Virus record (IMG/VR): IMGVR_UViG_3300045049_000270
Origin: a virus
Lineage: Duplodnaviria; Heunggongvirae; Uroviricota; Caudoviricetes
DNA length: 64,000 nucleotides
Direction: 5' to 3' (one strand)
How positions within the stretch are numbered: the stretch's first letter is position 1; each line of letters begins with the position of its first letter. Positions 40,095 through 50,445 of the stretch are shown piece after piece. The notes under the pieces are model-generated. The model had not been told where the DNA came from. It was given only the letters and a program-made list of their open reading frames with translations, and made no database searches. A program made the translations under genes and the position numbers.

Positions 40095-40103
40095 ATCTCG
40101 TGA

Positions 40104-40550
40104 TTATTGTTTACCGGTCGAGCCGAAGCCACCGGCGCCACGATCACTTTCGCCGAACTCTTTAACAACATTGAATTCTACTTGCATGACGGGCACAATA
40201 ACTAATTGCGCCAAGCGATCGAGCGGGTTCAATGTAAACGCGGTTGCGCTGCGATTCCATGTTGACACCATCAACTGCCCTTGATAATCCGCGTCAATTA
40301 AACCAACCAAATTACCAAGAACGATACCATTCTTGTGACCCAAGCCAGAACGGGGCAAAATCATAGCAGCATAACCTGGATTAGCAATGTGAATAGCCAA
40401 GCCTGTTGGGACCAACACCGTTTGACCAGGTTCAATTGTAATAGGTGCATCAATACACGCACGCAAATCAAGACCAGCGCTACCAGCTGTTGCATATGCT
40501 GGTAGTTGATCCTTCATGCGTTCATCCAATACTTTCAGATCGATTTTCAT
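40104..40550 (-). CDS. dut: dUTP pyrophosphatase (trimeric), proteobacterial type
   Basis: [38 protein letters not shown]. Confidence 0.95.
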   Translation of the reverse strand: MKIDLKVLDERMKDQLPAYATAGSAGLDLRACIDAPITIEPGQTVLVPTGLAIHIANPGYAAMILPRSGLGHKNGIVLGNLVGLIDADYQGQLMVSTWNRSATAFTLNPLDRLAQLVIVPVMQVEFNVVKEFGESDRGAGGFGSTGKQ

Positions 40551-40670
40551 ATTTTTGTTAGTGTGATGTTCGCTGACAGTATCAGCGAGTATTTATTCAT
40601 GCAACCAGAAATAGAATGGTTACAGTATCAAACAATACTGTAACCATGAAGACGTGTCAAAATGTGGTGA

Positions 40671-40922
40671 TTACCGCTTGCTCGACTTAGGTGGAGTTGA
40701 TGGAGCAGGGGTGAATGCTGGGTTTGTGATGCGATGATAAACACCACATTTAGGGCAATAAAAATCGACACTACGAAAAATCAAGTTCTGTGGGTCAAAC
40801 GTTGATTTGTTACCACACGGGCAGGTATAACTGAATGGACCCAAGTAGAGCTTACCAAGGCTTGGGTTAGGCTTCTCTTCCTTACGGCGATCAGCGTCAA
40901 TTGGGAACTTGATTACTTTCAC
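40671..40922 (-). CDS. Small Zn-ribbon protein
   Basis: CPCG and CPKCG; GTG start after GGAG and TAAATA. Confidence 0.55.
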   Translation of the reverse strand: MKVIKFPIDADRRKEEKPNPSLGKLYLGPFSYTCPCGNKSTFDPQNLIFRSVDFYCPKCGVYHRITNPAFTPAPSTPPKSSKR

Positions 40923-41008
40923 GATGTGTCTCCGCGTGCTCAAATATTTATTTGTGATACCACGGAGACAAAATGTAGTTTTAACCTCCAGGTGAACCTT
41001 GCTATAAC

Positions 41009-41359
41009 CTAAAAGTTGATACTCTTGCCACACCCACATTCGCCTTTCGCTAACGGCAGATCATATGTGATCCTGCTGTTGAAGATACCGTTAGTAACAT
41101 AGTCAATCACAGCACCCAGCATAAAGGGAACAGCATCAGCGTCGACAAAAAATTCATATATTATGTCAGTATCAGGGTTGGCGTCAGGGTTCAATATAAT
41201 AAGCATTGAATCTTTTTTGCCTGGCTTATAATCATATGAAAAGGTCTGACCGTTGCAACCAGATTGTGTTAAGCTAACGGTAAGGCAAGCTTGCTTTTCT
41301 TGCTTCATCATATGGATGAAGTGTGCCTTTGCGGCATCAGTTATTGTGATGATATTCAT
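41009..41359 (-). CDS. HesB/IscA-family Fe-S cluster carrier
   Basis: ITITDAA, SGCNG, G..IDY, CGCGKS. Confidence 0.85.
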   Translation of the reverse strand: MNIITITDAAKAHFIHMMKQEKQACLTVSLTQSGCNGQTFSYDYKPGKKDSMLIILNPDANPDTDIIYEFFVDADAVPFMLGAVIDYVTNGIFNSRITYDLPLAKGECGCGKSINF

Positions 41360-41419
41360 GCAAATATTTAGTTGAGCAATGGACCCCATAACAGAGGTCC
41401 CGCATTGATTGCTTACCGC

Positions 41420-41782
41420 TCAGATGAACGAACTACTTTCGGTGTCATCATTTTTAATCTTGCCTGAAAACTTGGCAAGTGTAAATTGCTTCTCGATATA
41501 ATCTAGAAGGTCTGGCATGATATCATCGTAACCGCCGGCTGAACAGTGTGGTCCGTACTCTTTATAGCCTTTCTTATCGGCCTTGTTGCGCTCACGCTGT
41601 TGCAGTTCGTGTTCACCCCAACGACCGTAATGGCGTTCAAAGGTAAGCGTTTTGCCACGCTTACCCCAGAAGTTATAAAGCGAGCCGCTGTCCATTTCAA
41701 CATAACCCCAAATCTTGTCGTTGTTCAGTGCTGGGCGAAAGCACCAACCGACGAAATGCACTTTGTAACCCATCGTCAACAC
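41420..41782 (-). CDS. WGR-like domain protein
   Basis: NDKIWG...NFWGKRG...K.KKGY. Confidence 0.55.
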   Translation of the reverse strand: MLTMGYKVHFVGWCFRPALNNDKIWGYVEMDSGSLYNFWGKRGKTLTFERHYGRWGEHELQQRERNKADKKGYKEYGPHCSAGGYDDIMPDLLDYIEKQFTLAKFSGKIKNDDTESSSFI

Positions 41783-42290
41783 CTCCCATGAAAGATATTT
41801 GTCCTGAGTGTTGTTTTACAGCAACGACATTTTAAAAGAATTTTCACTCATTTGCAAGCGAAAAAACGTTTTTTCGCTGTTACAAGATTGCAACGTTTTG
41901 GTCGAATTTGCTTGCGGTGCAGCACAGATATATCATGCACTTTGTTGCCAATTGTGTTATATGGCAAACGCTACACAACGGCAAAACATAGAAGGCACAC
42001 GAACTTAGATGAATTTATCAAACGGTTATTGGCCTCTTGTAAAGCAACTAACTGTAACTATATTAGAAGAGCGATAGAAACGAGAACAGCAAGTTTCGCA
42101 GAACTGCTACAGTTCCTATACTGTATAGGCATACATAGAAAACGTTTAAAAACAAACACATAGCAAGTTTTGCCTAACATTTGGTGCTTGACGCTTAAAT
42201 GCAACGTTCATAACATAGCTACACCTAACGAAATGTTCCGTTAGCGAACAAGCAAAGCAAGCAACTTTATCTTAACAGTGGAGGTTTTAA

Positions 42291-42866
42291 ATGAAATTTG
42301 CACTTACGTTCAACAAGCCGGCCGTAGCCAACTTCATCGACATGTCAGTACACGAAGGCATGAAGGTGAAGATTGAGGGCGATCAGGTCTTTTTCAAGCC
42401 AACAAAGGCAGCTCGAGGTAACGGTGTGTTTGCTCTGGCTGAACGCACGCGCGGTGGTATCGGCATTGAAATCAGCGGGCGGTTCGCTGACGAGTTCCTG
42501 AAGAAGACAGGGCTCGAGCGTGGCAGTCACATGAAGCTGCATGCAACAAGCTACGGCTGGATGGTAGCTGAACCGATGGAAGCCCCAGGTGTGAAGCCTA
42601 GCAAGATCGTCCCGTGTGCTCGTCTATGGCGCGCAACCGAAGAAGTCGGCACGAAGGCCGAAAAGGCGCCGATAGCCAATGTTGCACGTGCTAGTCGTGG
42701 CCGTGGACGGCCACCAAAGGCGGCGGCGCCAACCGAACAGCCGAAGAAGCGCGGCCGTAGATCGAAGGCCGAGATTGCAGCTGAACAAGCTGCTGCTGAA
42801 GCAGCACCGAAGCGTCGGGGTCGTCGTCCGAAAGCCGAAACGGCTTCAGCGGCAGCTTCCGCATAA
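42291..42866 (+). CDS. Putative DNA-binding protein with AT-hook-like/histone-like tail
   Basis: RGRGRPPK, KKRGRRSK, KRRGRRPK; GGAGG RBS; TTGACG-17-TAACAT promoter. Confidence 0.7.
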   Translation: MKFALTFNKPAVANFIDMSVHEGMKVKIEGDQVFFKPTKAARGNGVFALAERTRGGIGIEISGRFADEFLKKTGLERGSHMKLHATSYGWMVAEPMEAPGVKPSKIVPCARLWRATEEVGTKAEKAPIANVARASRGRGRPPKAAAPTEQPKKRGRRSKAEIAAEQAAAEAAPKRRGRRPKAETASAAASA

Positions 42867-43007
42867 AACGGGGGTGTGGTGAACGAACAGGGGAGCGAAG
42901 CGCTCCCCTTTCGTATGAACCAAAGAACCAAAAAAAGGAGTGAACACCTAGGTGTTCACTCCAATGTGGTCGTATGCAACCACCAAGAAGCTCGTGAATC
43001 AAAAGGA

Positions 43008-43122
43008 CAAGTAAGGCACCGCTGTAAAGCCAATCATTCAAGCACACATATTGGCAATGCGTCCTAATCGTCCAACGCAATAACCGTTCCTCTTGCTTTC
43101 ATGTCAGCGATGCCTTATTTGG
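43008..43122 (+). ncRNA. Candidate multibranch structured RNA
   Basis: CAAGUAAGGCA-CGCUG / CAGCG-UGCCUUAUUUG closes the GCCAAU/AUUGGC and UGCGU/ACGCA hairpins. Confidence 0.45.
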
Positions 43123-43175
43123 CTCAGTAACGTCAACCAACTTTTGTTACTATAACACAAAGATATTTTAACGCG

Positions 43176-43829
43176 TTAGCTTTTCTTGTAGAAAATATGA
43201 TCGCCGATCACAGTGACCTTTTGCAGATCTTTATTCCATTTGGGCGAAACTTCCTGTGTATGATACCATTTGATATCGTCTGACGCTTGCCCGCCAGCCA
43301 TCACGATCACATTCACATCGCTAGGCTTAGCTTTCCCGTATTCTTGCATGACAAGGTGTGCAACTTCAAGTGCTTTACGCCACGGCTCGAGTTCTTTTAC
43401 TGGCTTCTTATGCAGAGGCAAATTTGTCCAACTGAATTGCTTGCGTTTCCACACCGTTTTGCAGACGCTGTCGCCGGTTGCCTGCGCACGATTCATTGTA
43501 GCCTTTGCAACAAGAATCTGACCTGCCAGAGGCTGATTTCGAGATTCCTCGTAGATGTTGCATGTGAGGCATACTAATTCATCATGTCGTTGCGTTGCAC
43601 AATCGAGATTGTGTGCGGTTACTTGTCGTCCGCCAATATCAACATCCCGATATTTCACAACTTCAACTGGGCGAATAACTTCCGTTTTTACGACTCTGGG
43701 CTTGAATGTAACGTAGCCACTCGCTGTAAGTCCAACAAGGATTGGCGTCGGAGCGATCAGCGCAACTTGCAACGCAACCTTAGCCGTCTTCGAAAGCAAA
43801 AACTGCTTGAGCACCTTGCTTTTCACCAA
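43176..43829 (-). CDS. SleB-like cell wall hydrolase
   Basis: CLTCNIYEESRNQ, V...MNR, QFSW, WYH...P.W, IGDHIFY. Confidence 0.88.
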   Translation of the reverse strand: MVKSKVLKQFLLSKTAKVALQVALIAPTPILVGLTASGYVTFKPRVVKTEVIRPVEVVKYRDVDIGGRQVTAHNLDCATQRHDELVCLTCNIYEESRNQPLAGQILVAKATMNRAQATGDSVCKTVWKRKQFSWTNLPLHKKPVKELEPWRKALEVAHLVMQEYGKAKPSDVNVIVMAGGQASDDIKWYHTQEVSPKWNKDLQKVTVIGDHIFYKKS

Positions 43830-44151
43830 TTTGGTCTCCTATCGCACAGTTAAGACAACCAAATGGTAAGTGAAGGTTCATCACCAGTCAACAGTTAATT
43901 AAATTACATATCTTACAGCTTACCGTTGGAGCGATGTCGAGCATCTATGATGAGAACGATTACAATCAAGTTTACAAAAGGCAAACTCAGCAATATGACA
44001 AACCAGAACAAGCTATTTGTAATATTGTACCCAAATTTTGGATCTGGGTTCCCTCTAGTAATGTCTTCGTAAAAGCCAGTTCCGATCAGACCAATTGTGA
44101 CGGTGCTGGAGATAATGAGGTAAATCTCCAGCACCCACCGCAACAAAGGGA

Positions 44152-45477
44152 TCATTCAGACCTCAAATGGTCCAACTTTGCTACGATTCTTTCATAGTAA
44201 TGTTGGTTGCCGCCAGGACCCGTAATCGTCAATGTTGGCTTGCGAGAGAGGATACGTTTGAACGTTGCTTTAACATCATCTATAGTTACTGCTTCGATCT
44301 TTGCCAATGTATCGGAAAGTTCAGGATGATAGCCGTAGACGAACAGATTCTCGACTACGTTCTGCAACAATCCAAAACCGCGTTCTTGACCGCGAATCAA
44401 ATGAACTCGAATTTGATTCTTTGCGCGTTGTAGATCGCGTTCGCTAACATGATCGGTGAGCTTCAGCATTTCATCAACAGTTACATCAAGCACTTCTTGA
44501 AAGTTTTCTGGTGTGGTGCCTGCACCAATGTAGAAACTACCGTGATCTTCATCAAGATAAGTGAATGCATTGATACTATATACCAAACCACGCTTATTGC
44601 GCACTTCGCTGAACAGCGGTGAGCTCATACCATCGCCAAGCACACAAGCTGCAACAGCTTCAGCATAATGCTCTGGTGCTAAAGAGTTTGCACAAGGGAA
44701 CGATAGCATCAACGTACTTTGTTCAAAGGGCAAATCATCGTGAGCATAGCCACCAGTATATTCAGCACTGGTATATTGATTCATGGTGCCTTCTTCAAAA
44801 CCGCCAAAATACTGCTCAATCAACTTTAATGCTTCATCGTGATCAACCTTACCAACGATGCCAACAATCATGTTCGAGGCCGTGTAATAGCGCTTCATAT
44901 AAGCGATCAAATCTTCACGCTTGAAAGACTTTACATTTTCGGGTGTACCAATAATCGGGCGACCCAATGCTTGGTTTGGGTATTGAGTTCCATCATGCAA
45001 GTGATGCGCCATGCGATTGCGCGAATCTCGTCCTGCTGTGATCTCTTGCAAGATAACAGAACGTTCGCGTTCGATTTCTTCTTCAGGAAACGTGCTGTTT
45101 GACAGAATATCACTGATTAGATCAACAAACGTTTCAGTATTTTCGGCTAAACCAGAAACATAATAGGCAGTGCGATCTTTAGATGTAGATGCATTAATAT
45201 CCGCACCCAAGAATTCGATCTCACTGTCAATTTGTTCACCAGTGCGCGTTGGTGTACCCTTGAACGCCATATGCTCAAGATAATGTGAAATACCATTCAA
45301 TTCTGGAGTTTCAAATCTAGAACCAACATTTACAAAAGCAGCAACAGTGACGCTTTCAACGTGTGGCAACTTGATGCTGACAACTCTAAGGCCGTTCTTG
45401 AGACGGCTTGTGCGTGAATCCAAACTGCTTCTCCTGGTACTGTGGGTTAAATTATTTTTTAGTGAGTTATTCATCAT
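44152..45477 (-). CDS. M16 (insulinase/pitrilysin) family Zn peptidase
   Basis: VGSRFE..NGISHYLEHMAFKGT (HxxEH), ER.VI.QE, SSPLFSEVR..RGLVY. Confidence 0.92.
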   Translation of the reverse strand: MMNNSLKNNLTHSTRRSSLDSRTSRLKNGLRVVSIKLPHVESVTVAAFVNVGSRFETPELNGISHYLEHMAFKGTPTRTGEQIDSEIEFLGADINASTSKDRTAYYVSGLAENTETFVDLISDILSNSTFPEEEIERERSVILQEITAGRDSRNRMAHHLHDGTQYPNQALGRPIIGTPENVKSFKREDLIAYMKRYYTASNMIVGIVGKVDHDEALKLIEQYFGGFEEGTMNQYTSAEYTGGYAHDDLPFEQSTLMLSFPCANSLAPEHYAEAVAACVLGDGMSSPLFSEVRNKRGLVYSINAFTYLDEDHGSFYIGAGTTPENFQEVLDVTVDEMLKLTDHVSERDLQRAKNQIRVHLIRGQERGFGLLQNVVENLFVYGYHPELSDTLAKIEAVTIDDVKATFKRILSRKPTLTITGPGGNQHYYERIVAKLDHLRSE

Positions 45478-46046
45478 ACCCCCTGGCTTGGCAATGGTGC
45501 AAGCTCCGCACTTACAAGCGTAAACATAGCCGCTGAATTTTCGAGATCGGCAATGTCACCATGAAAATCATAATGACCTAGGATCGCATAGCGATTCATA
45601 TAACGCAGCAATGGACGATTTGCATGCATCGCAGTCATTTGATCTTGCGCAGTTAAGCTGAAGGCTACTGCCCAAGTGTCAGTAGACAATTTGTATTTTT
45701 CAGCATTGGAACATGTTGCAAATTCAGCATGGCCAGGTTGTTGCAGTTCGAGCATATACTCGGTTCCTGCTATTTCCATGAACCAGCCAACAGTCATCAC
45801 TTTCTTGATGCGATTGTGATACCATTCATCCGCATAAAGCTTACCATCGTATTTCGATACTGTAGTACCCATAAAATGGGTTTCTGTATTGTATCGCAAT
45901 ACGACTGCGATTCTCATGACTTGCACAAACGCGGGAAGATACGGCTTGAGATACTGATTGCAAGGATGCTCGAACCGCCGGCCAAGGGTTTCCCGAACGT
46001 GCTTGTAAAAATCAACGTTCGAAAATGCCATAACCTGCCTCCTCAC
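45474..46046 (-). CDS. Divergent 'FKL' family member (GDI subtype)
   Basis: FHGDIADLENSAAMFTL. Confidence 0.45.
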   Translation of the reverse strand: MRRQVMAFSNVDFYKHVRETLGRRFEHPCNQYLKPYLPAFVQVMRIAVVLRYNTETHFMGTTVSKYDGKLYADEWYHNRIKKVMTVGWFMEIAGTEYMLELQQPGHAEFATCSNAEKYKLSTDTWAVAFSLTAQDQMTAMHANRPLLRYMNRYAILGHYDFHGDIADLENSAAMFTLVSAELAPLPSQGV

Positions 46047-46139
46047 TTATTGCCATACTTAAAAGTCTAACATCGTTGTGTAGCAAAAGCTTATTTATGG
46101 CACCACCTATTACAACATTTTTACAACTAAACTTGATTA

Positions 46140-46652
46140 TCAAGTAATTTTTACTGGTGCCATGTCTCCTTCAACCAACTTGAACATCAGTAATTCATCA
46201 GACATCATGTAAATATCACCGTAAAGCCGTAGGTCACTCAACGTTACTAGATTGTCAAGAAACTTACTTTCCCAATCGTTATCTACTGAAAATTCTAGTG
46301 CTGCGCTCCAATTGGTACCCGACACTACTAAAGTTGAAAAGGCTAGATGGAAATATGGATCGTGTGCCCCTTGTGAGTAACGCTCAATTGTGTAAATCGT
46401 ATCACCAATTTCGAGGGTGTATTCGTATACGTCAAGATACCATTTACATGTAAACCGATCTGATAGATACGGTACTTTGGTTGGTACGGCACAAAGGCTG
46501 AATTCTTCCCATTCAGCCTCAGCCATTATTACTTCGACCAACCTTGGTATGAGCATCACCGCTTGAACTTGGCCGAATTGCGAATACGCCTTCTGAATCA
46601 GCTTCGTCGCTTGCTCCCAGAAGGCGTCATTACTTGCTAGGATTTTCATCAA
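46140..46652 (-). CDS. Divergent 'FKL' family member (GDI subtype)
   Basis: LYGDIYMMSDELLMFKL. Confidence 0.5.
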   Translation of the reverse strand: MMKILASNDAFWEQATKLIQKAYSQFGQVQAVMLIPRLVEVIMAEAEWEEFSLCAVPTKVPYLSDRFTCKWYLDVYEYTLEIGDTIYTIERYSQGAHDPYFHLAFSTLVVSGTNWSAALEFSVDNDWESKFLDNLVTLSDLRLYGDIYMMSDELLMFKLVEGDMAPVKIT

Positions 46653-47851
46653 CTTACAACCTTACAACGCGTAAGAACCGTTGACTTGATGCCCTTGTAT
46701 TCATTGTGATCTTTCACAGTACCCCTCAACTTCAACTTGTCACCCTTGCTTGCTTCGATCACAGTACCGGTCATCCATGTGAATACGTTGCCATCAGCAT
46801 CGGCAAATCGGTAGATGAAAAATCGACCAGTGTCGTTATCACGTTCCCAGGAATTTACAAATTCAACTTCAAGTTCAAGCTTGTCCTTCACCTTGCCGAC
46901 AAAATTACTGACTTTCTTCGGTTCACGCTTCGGGAACATGATCTCATGTTCCCGCATATATGCACCAACAATGCTGCTCGCGTAACCCGTCGAACGAAAC
47001 TCGATCACTCCGCTGGCAGCCAGCACGTGAATATTGTGCTGATAGTCATTCAACACTGTTCCATCTTCACCCAAGTTTGCGGCCCACTCAATCGACTTTA
47101 TTGCTAGGTCGAAATGCTTGTCTTCGGGTTTAGGAAGTTCATCTGCAATGCGTGGGTTAGGGAATAGGCTATTCAATGCTCTTGACGAAGTCGACTCAAC
47201 CATGTCGCGTTCATTTATTACTGTGCTATTGATTTGTCTTGCTTTGCTAAGTGACATGTAACCATGCAAATCAATCTGCAGGGCAACGTGAGCCAAGTAT
47301 GCTTCTAGGTCAATGAAGCGCCGATCCTCACCTACGCTCATCGCACCGCGAGCGAGTTCATCAGCATAGCCGAGCAATTCGGCCATCTTGGCGATCTTTT
47401 CGGGATGTTGGTGGCCGAGAAAGTCCTTCAAACAAGAACTGCCGATCTGCTTTATCTCGCCGCTTTCATCGTTGCGCACCAAGTACGTATCGCGCCGATA
47501 ACGGTTGATCTTGCAATGCTCGCAAACACTGTCACGATCACGATAAAGGTCGGGAACAACGAATCCTGGTACCGGGCGAACAATATTACCGACTTCGTTT
47601 GCATGGTCGAGACGAGCGACGAATGACCAACCGTTGAGCTTAGGAGATTCGAAGCCGCTGAGCAGTATTTCGACGTATTCTCGCGCATAACCATCACCAG
47701 ACTTCTCGGTGATAGTATTAAAGGGGACAAAGTAGATGCGTTCGCCGGTCAGCTTGATAGACTTCTTGCTGAGCTTCTCAAGCATCTTTTGAAACTTGGG
47801 GAGGTTTTCCTTCGGGATCTTGTAGATACCACGGTCGTGATTATCACTCAT
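46649..47851 (-). CDS. Phage protein with Zn motif and C-terminal OB-fold-like domain
   Basis: CEHC..NR.R...QIGSSCLKDFLG; GTVKDH.EYKG.K.T.LTRC. Confidence 0.65.
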   Translation of the reverse strand: MSDNHDRGIYKIPKENLPKFQKMLEKLSKKSIKLTGERIYFVPFNTITEKSGDGYAREYVEILLSGFESPKLNGWSFVARLDHANEVGNIVRPVPGFVVPDLYRDRDSVCEHCKINRYRRDTYLVRNDESGEIKQIGSSCLKDFLGHQHPEKIAKMAELLGYADELARGAMSVGEDRRFIDLEAYLAHVALQIDLHGYMSLSKARQINSTVINERDMVESTSSRALNSLFPNPRIADELPKPEDKHFDLAIKSIEWAANLGEDGTVLNDYQHNIHVLAASGVIEFRSTGYASSIVGAYMREHEIMFPKREPKKVSNFVGKVKDKLELEVEFVNSWERDNDTGRFFIYRFADADGNVFTWMTGTVIEASKGDKLKLRGTVKDHNEYKGIKSTVLTRCKVVS

Positions 47852-47908
47852 CGCTTCCCTCCGTATCGTTTACCATAGTTCATATGGTAAGTTCATTTGA
47901 ACAGAGAG

Positions 47909-48247
47909 TCAACAGTAAGTTAGCTTCAAACGAACAATATCGGCATCCGTTATATCACCGTAGTAACAAATATTTTGATAGCCGCCAGCGAATACAATAA
48001 GATGCCAATTATTGTCCCCCACAAGCCAGTGAATAGCGTTCAGATCAACTAACTGATCGATACGTTTACCATACATTTCACCACATAATGAGAATGCTTC
48101 CATGCATTGATCATCACTACTCCAATCATGGTTCACACCATATGCAGTTTTGAGCGGAAGAACCGTGAAGCAACCGAATCGACTACCAAATAGGTTTTCG
48201 GCAATCTCCACATTATTCATGGCTGGTGTGAAAAATTCTAGGTTCAT
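47909..48247 (-). CDS. Divergent 'FKL' family member
   Basis: YYGDITDADIVRLKL. Confidence 0.45.
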   Translation of the reverse strand: MNLEFFTPAMNNVEIAENLFGSRFGCFTVLPLKTAYGVNHDWSSDDQCMEAFSLCGEMYGKRIDQLVDLNAIHWLVGDNNWHLIVFAGGYQNICYYGDITDADIVRLKLTYC

Positions 48248-48867
48248 TTGCTTCTCTTGACCTTTTTCACCACATATTTGTTAATGCGATTCTTCAGTCG
48301 ATTTTTCGCATTATTCAACTCTTTGCTTTTATCCTTCTGTGCATCACGATAAACCTCGATGGCCGCAAGATAATCAGCTTTGAATGCATCGTACTTGGTT
48401 TTGAATTCTTCTGGTAACGAACGCAGTGCTTCCTTCAGTTCGATATCAAATTTGTCGAATTTACGCTTAGATGTATTAACGTATGAATTTACGCCATCTT
48501 TGATATTTGCATCTCGTGCCCTTTCGAGGCGTTTGATTTCGTCTGCTTCTTCAAGAATGTAATCCCAATCAGGATTCTCAAGAATCAAACGAAGTTTGAT
48601 TCTGTCACGGTTTGGTTTGACGAAAGAATCTTGAATAAGCATAAATGCCAATGCTTCGCCATCATCATCAAAATACACGGTGAACGCGTTGAACAGGTTT
48701 TCCACCATAGCAACATCACAAACCGTCTTAAGCCGCTGTCCATCTATCGCGCGCTGAACTTTGGCACCAGGACAAAGATTTTTCAAACTTTCGATGTCAA
48801 ACTGATCCATAGAAAATTTGTTATAAACACTACTGAATTCGTAATTATAGATGAATAGGTGTGCCAT
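48244..48867 (-). CDS. 'FKL'-like domain plus coiled coil
   Basis: VYFDDDGEALAFML followed by a helical tail; paralogue of 48867 and 50882. Confidence 0.55.
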   Translation of the reverse strand: MAHLFIYNYEFSSVYNKFSMDQFDIESLKNLCPGAKVQRAIDGQRLKTVCDVAMVENLFNAFTVYFDDDGEALAFMLIQDSFVKPNRDRIKLRLILENPDWDYILEEADEIKRLERARDANIKDGVNSYVNTSKRKFDKFDIELKEALRSLPEEFKTKYDAFKADYLAAIEVYRDAQKDKSKELNNAKNRLKNRINKYVVKKVKRSK

Positions 48868-49472
48868 TATTTCTTGTTATATTTGTCGAGATATTTTAAA
48901 AGTTCTTTACGTTCTTTATTCAGCTTGTTGAGTGATGGTTTCAAATTTGCTTTATGTGCAGCCAATCGAGCCTGAAGAACTACATTGAATTCTTTCCATA
49001 GAATATCAAGATCATCGCCTAAACCACCATTCAAGTCGTTCATTGCACTAGTGAAATCATATTCACGATTGCGAACTGCGGTGACTGCTTTTGTTGTATC
49101 GGCACGACTAGTATCGTGATCAATTAACCACTTTAACTCAGTACCTTCTTGCAACGGCGTATCCAAATCAATATCTTGAATCAACCATAGCAATGATGCT
49201 TTTTGGTCCTTGATAAACGAGTCAGAACCCAGACGAAATGCCATCGCCTCCATGTCATCGTCAATTTCAACGATAAACGCATCCAGCAATTTTTTATCAT
49301 TGCAAGCTTGGCCAATTGCATGGAGTTTGTGACGTGGGTATTTGTCTTCATAGCCATACCAATTATGCCAGGAGAATACACGATAGCCTGCTGTAAATTC
49401 ACTAAGCAGATTGATATTGAATGCCTTTCTGCAATCCCATTCATCTCCGGTACCATAAACGAACGTATACAT
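48867..49472 (-). CDS. 'FKL'-like domain plus coiled coil
   Basis: VEIDDDMEAMAFRL. Confidence 0.55.
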   Translation of the reverse strand: MYTFVYGTGDEWDCRKAFNINLLSEFTAGYRVFSWHNWYGYEDKYPRHKLHAIGQACNDKKLLDAFIVEIDDDMEAMAFRLGSDSFIKDQKASLLWLIQDIDLDTPLQEGTELKWLIDHDTSRADTTKAVTAVRNREYDFTSAMNDLNGGLGDDLDILWKEFNVVLQARLAAHKANLKPSLNKLNKERKELLKYLDKYNKK

Positions 49473-49871
49473 TTATTGTTTCTCTTGTGTTTGTCGTTGT
49501 TTTCTACGTTCTAGATAAGAATGCACGATTTCTTTTCTGCGTTCTGGATTCTTCTCCACCCATTCAGCTTGTTTCGTACGATTGTATTCAGTCCACGAAA
49601 CGTTATCTTTGCGATAACGCTTCGCATATTCAGCCAATATACTGAACGGCCGTTGTTCTTCCTTGCGCGGACGTCCACGGCCATAACCAGTTGCTTTTGT
49701 CTTTTGCCATGCTGCTGACTGTTGCTTTTTCTTTTCACGATATGCGGGATCATTAGCATAACGTTCGCGCTTGCGAGCATTAATCTTTTCTCGATTTGCT
49801 GCTTTGTACTTACGTTCGTATTCTCGCCGTTTTGCTTTCTTTTCTTCTTCAGTCAGCATAATCAGAACCAC
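49473..49871 (-). CDS. Highly basic helical protein
   Basis: K/R-rich repeats (YKAANREK, YANDP) and GRGRP. Confidence 0.5.
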   Translation of the reverse strand: MVLIMLTEEEKKAKRREYERKYKAANREKINARKRERYANDPAYREKKKQQSAAWQKTKATGYGRGRPRKEEQRPFSILAEYAKRYRKDNVSWTEYNRTKQAEWVEKNPERRKEIVHSYLERRKQRQTQEKQ

Positions 49872-50422
49872 GTTTTTCTTATTATGGAAGTGTATTCATC
49901 AGCCAAAGCCATGCTCTCGCCAACCAGTTCCACGAAATAGCTTAGTACATCTGCTTTTTCTAATTCGAGTGTTGCTTCTGAATCGCCATATTCATTAACG
50001 ATCTGCATGTTATGCGCTTTGGCTATCTTCATCATAAAGCCGTTTCTTGTCAAACAATAGCTTTTCAATACTTTCACTCGACGGTTACGGCAAACAACCA
50101 TCGCATGTTCAAACAACATCGTTCCGAGGCGCCGGCCGCGATGCTCTTTCTCAACACTCAAACCAATCTCAGCTTCATCAACATTAAACAAATAATATTT
50201 GCCGAGAAGACAAATCTCACAAGCGGCAATAACATTCTGATCCTCATCAAATGCAGCCAATACCATTCTACCGCTATCATGTTTTATGGTAGCATGCTTG
50301 ATAATAAATGCATCATCAACCATCGAACCAAAACGAAGATAGCGATCATCAGCATTTAATCTCAGCAAATGATCGCCATATTTCACCTGCTCATATGTAT
50401 TGAGCATTCTTATTGTATTCAT
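49862..50422 (-). CDS. GNAT family acetyltransferase
   Basis: DRYLRFG, AEIGLSVEKEHRGRRLG, N..M..IA. Confidence 0.85.
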   Translation of the reverse strand: MNTIRMLNTYEQVKYGDHLLRLNADDRYLRFGSMVDDAFIIKHATIKHDSGRMVLAAFDEDQNVIAACEICLLGKYYLFNVDEAEIGLSVEKEHRGRRLGTMLFEHAMVVCRNRRVKVLKSYCLTRNGFMMKIAKAHNMQIVNEYGDSEATLELEKADVLSYFVELVGESMALADEYTSIIRKTWF

Positions 50423-50445
50423 TTCAACTTCCAAAATGGCTTACC

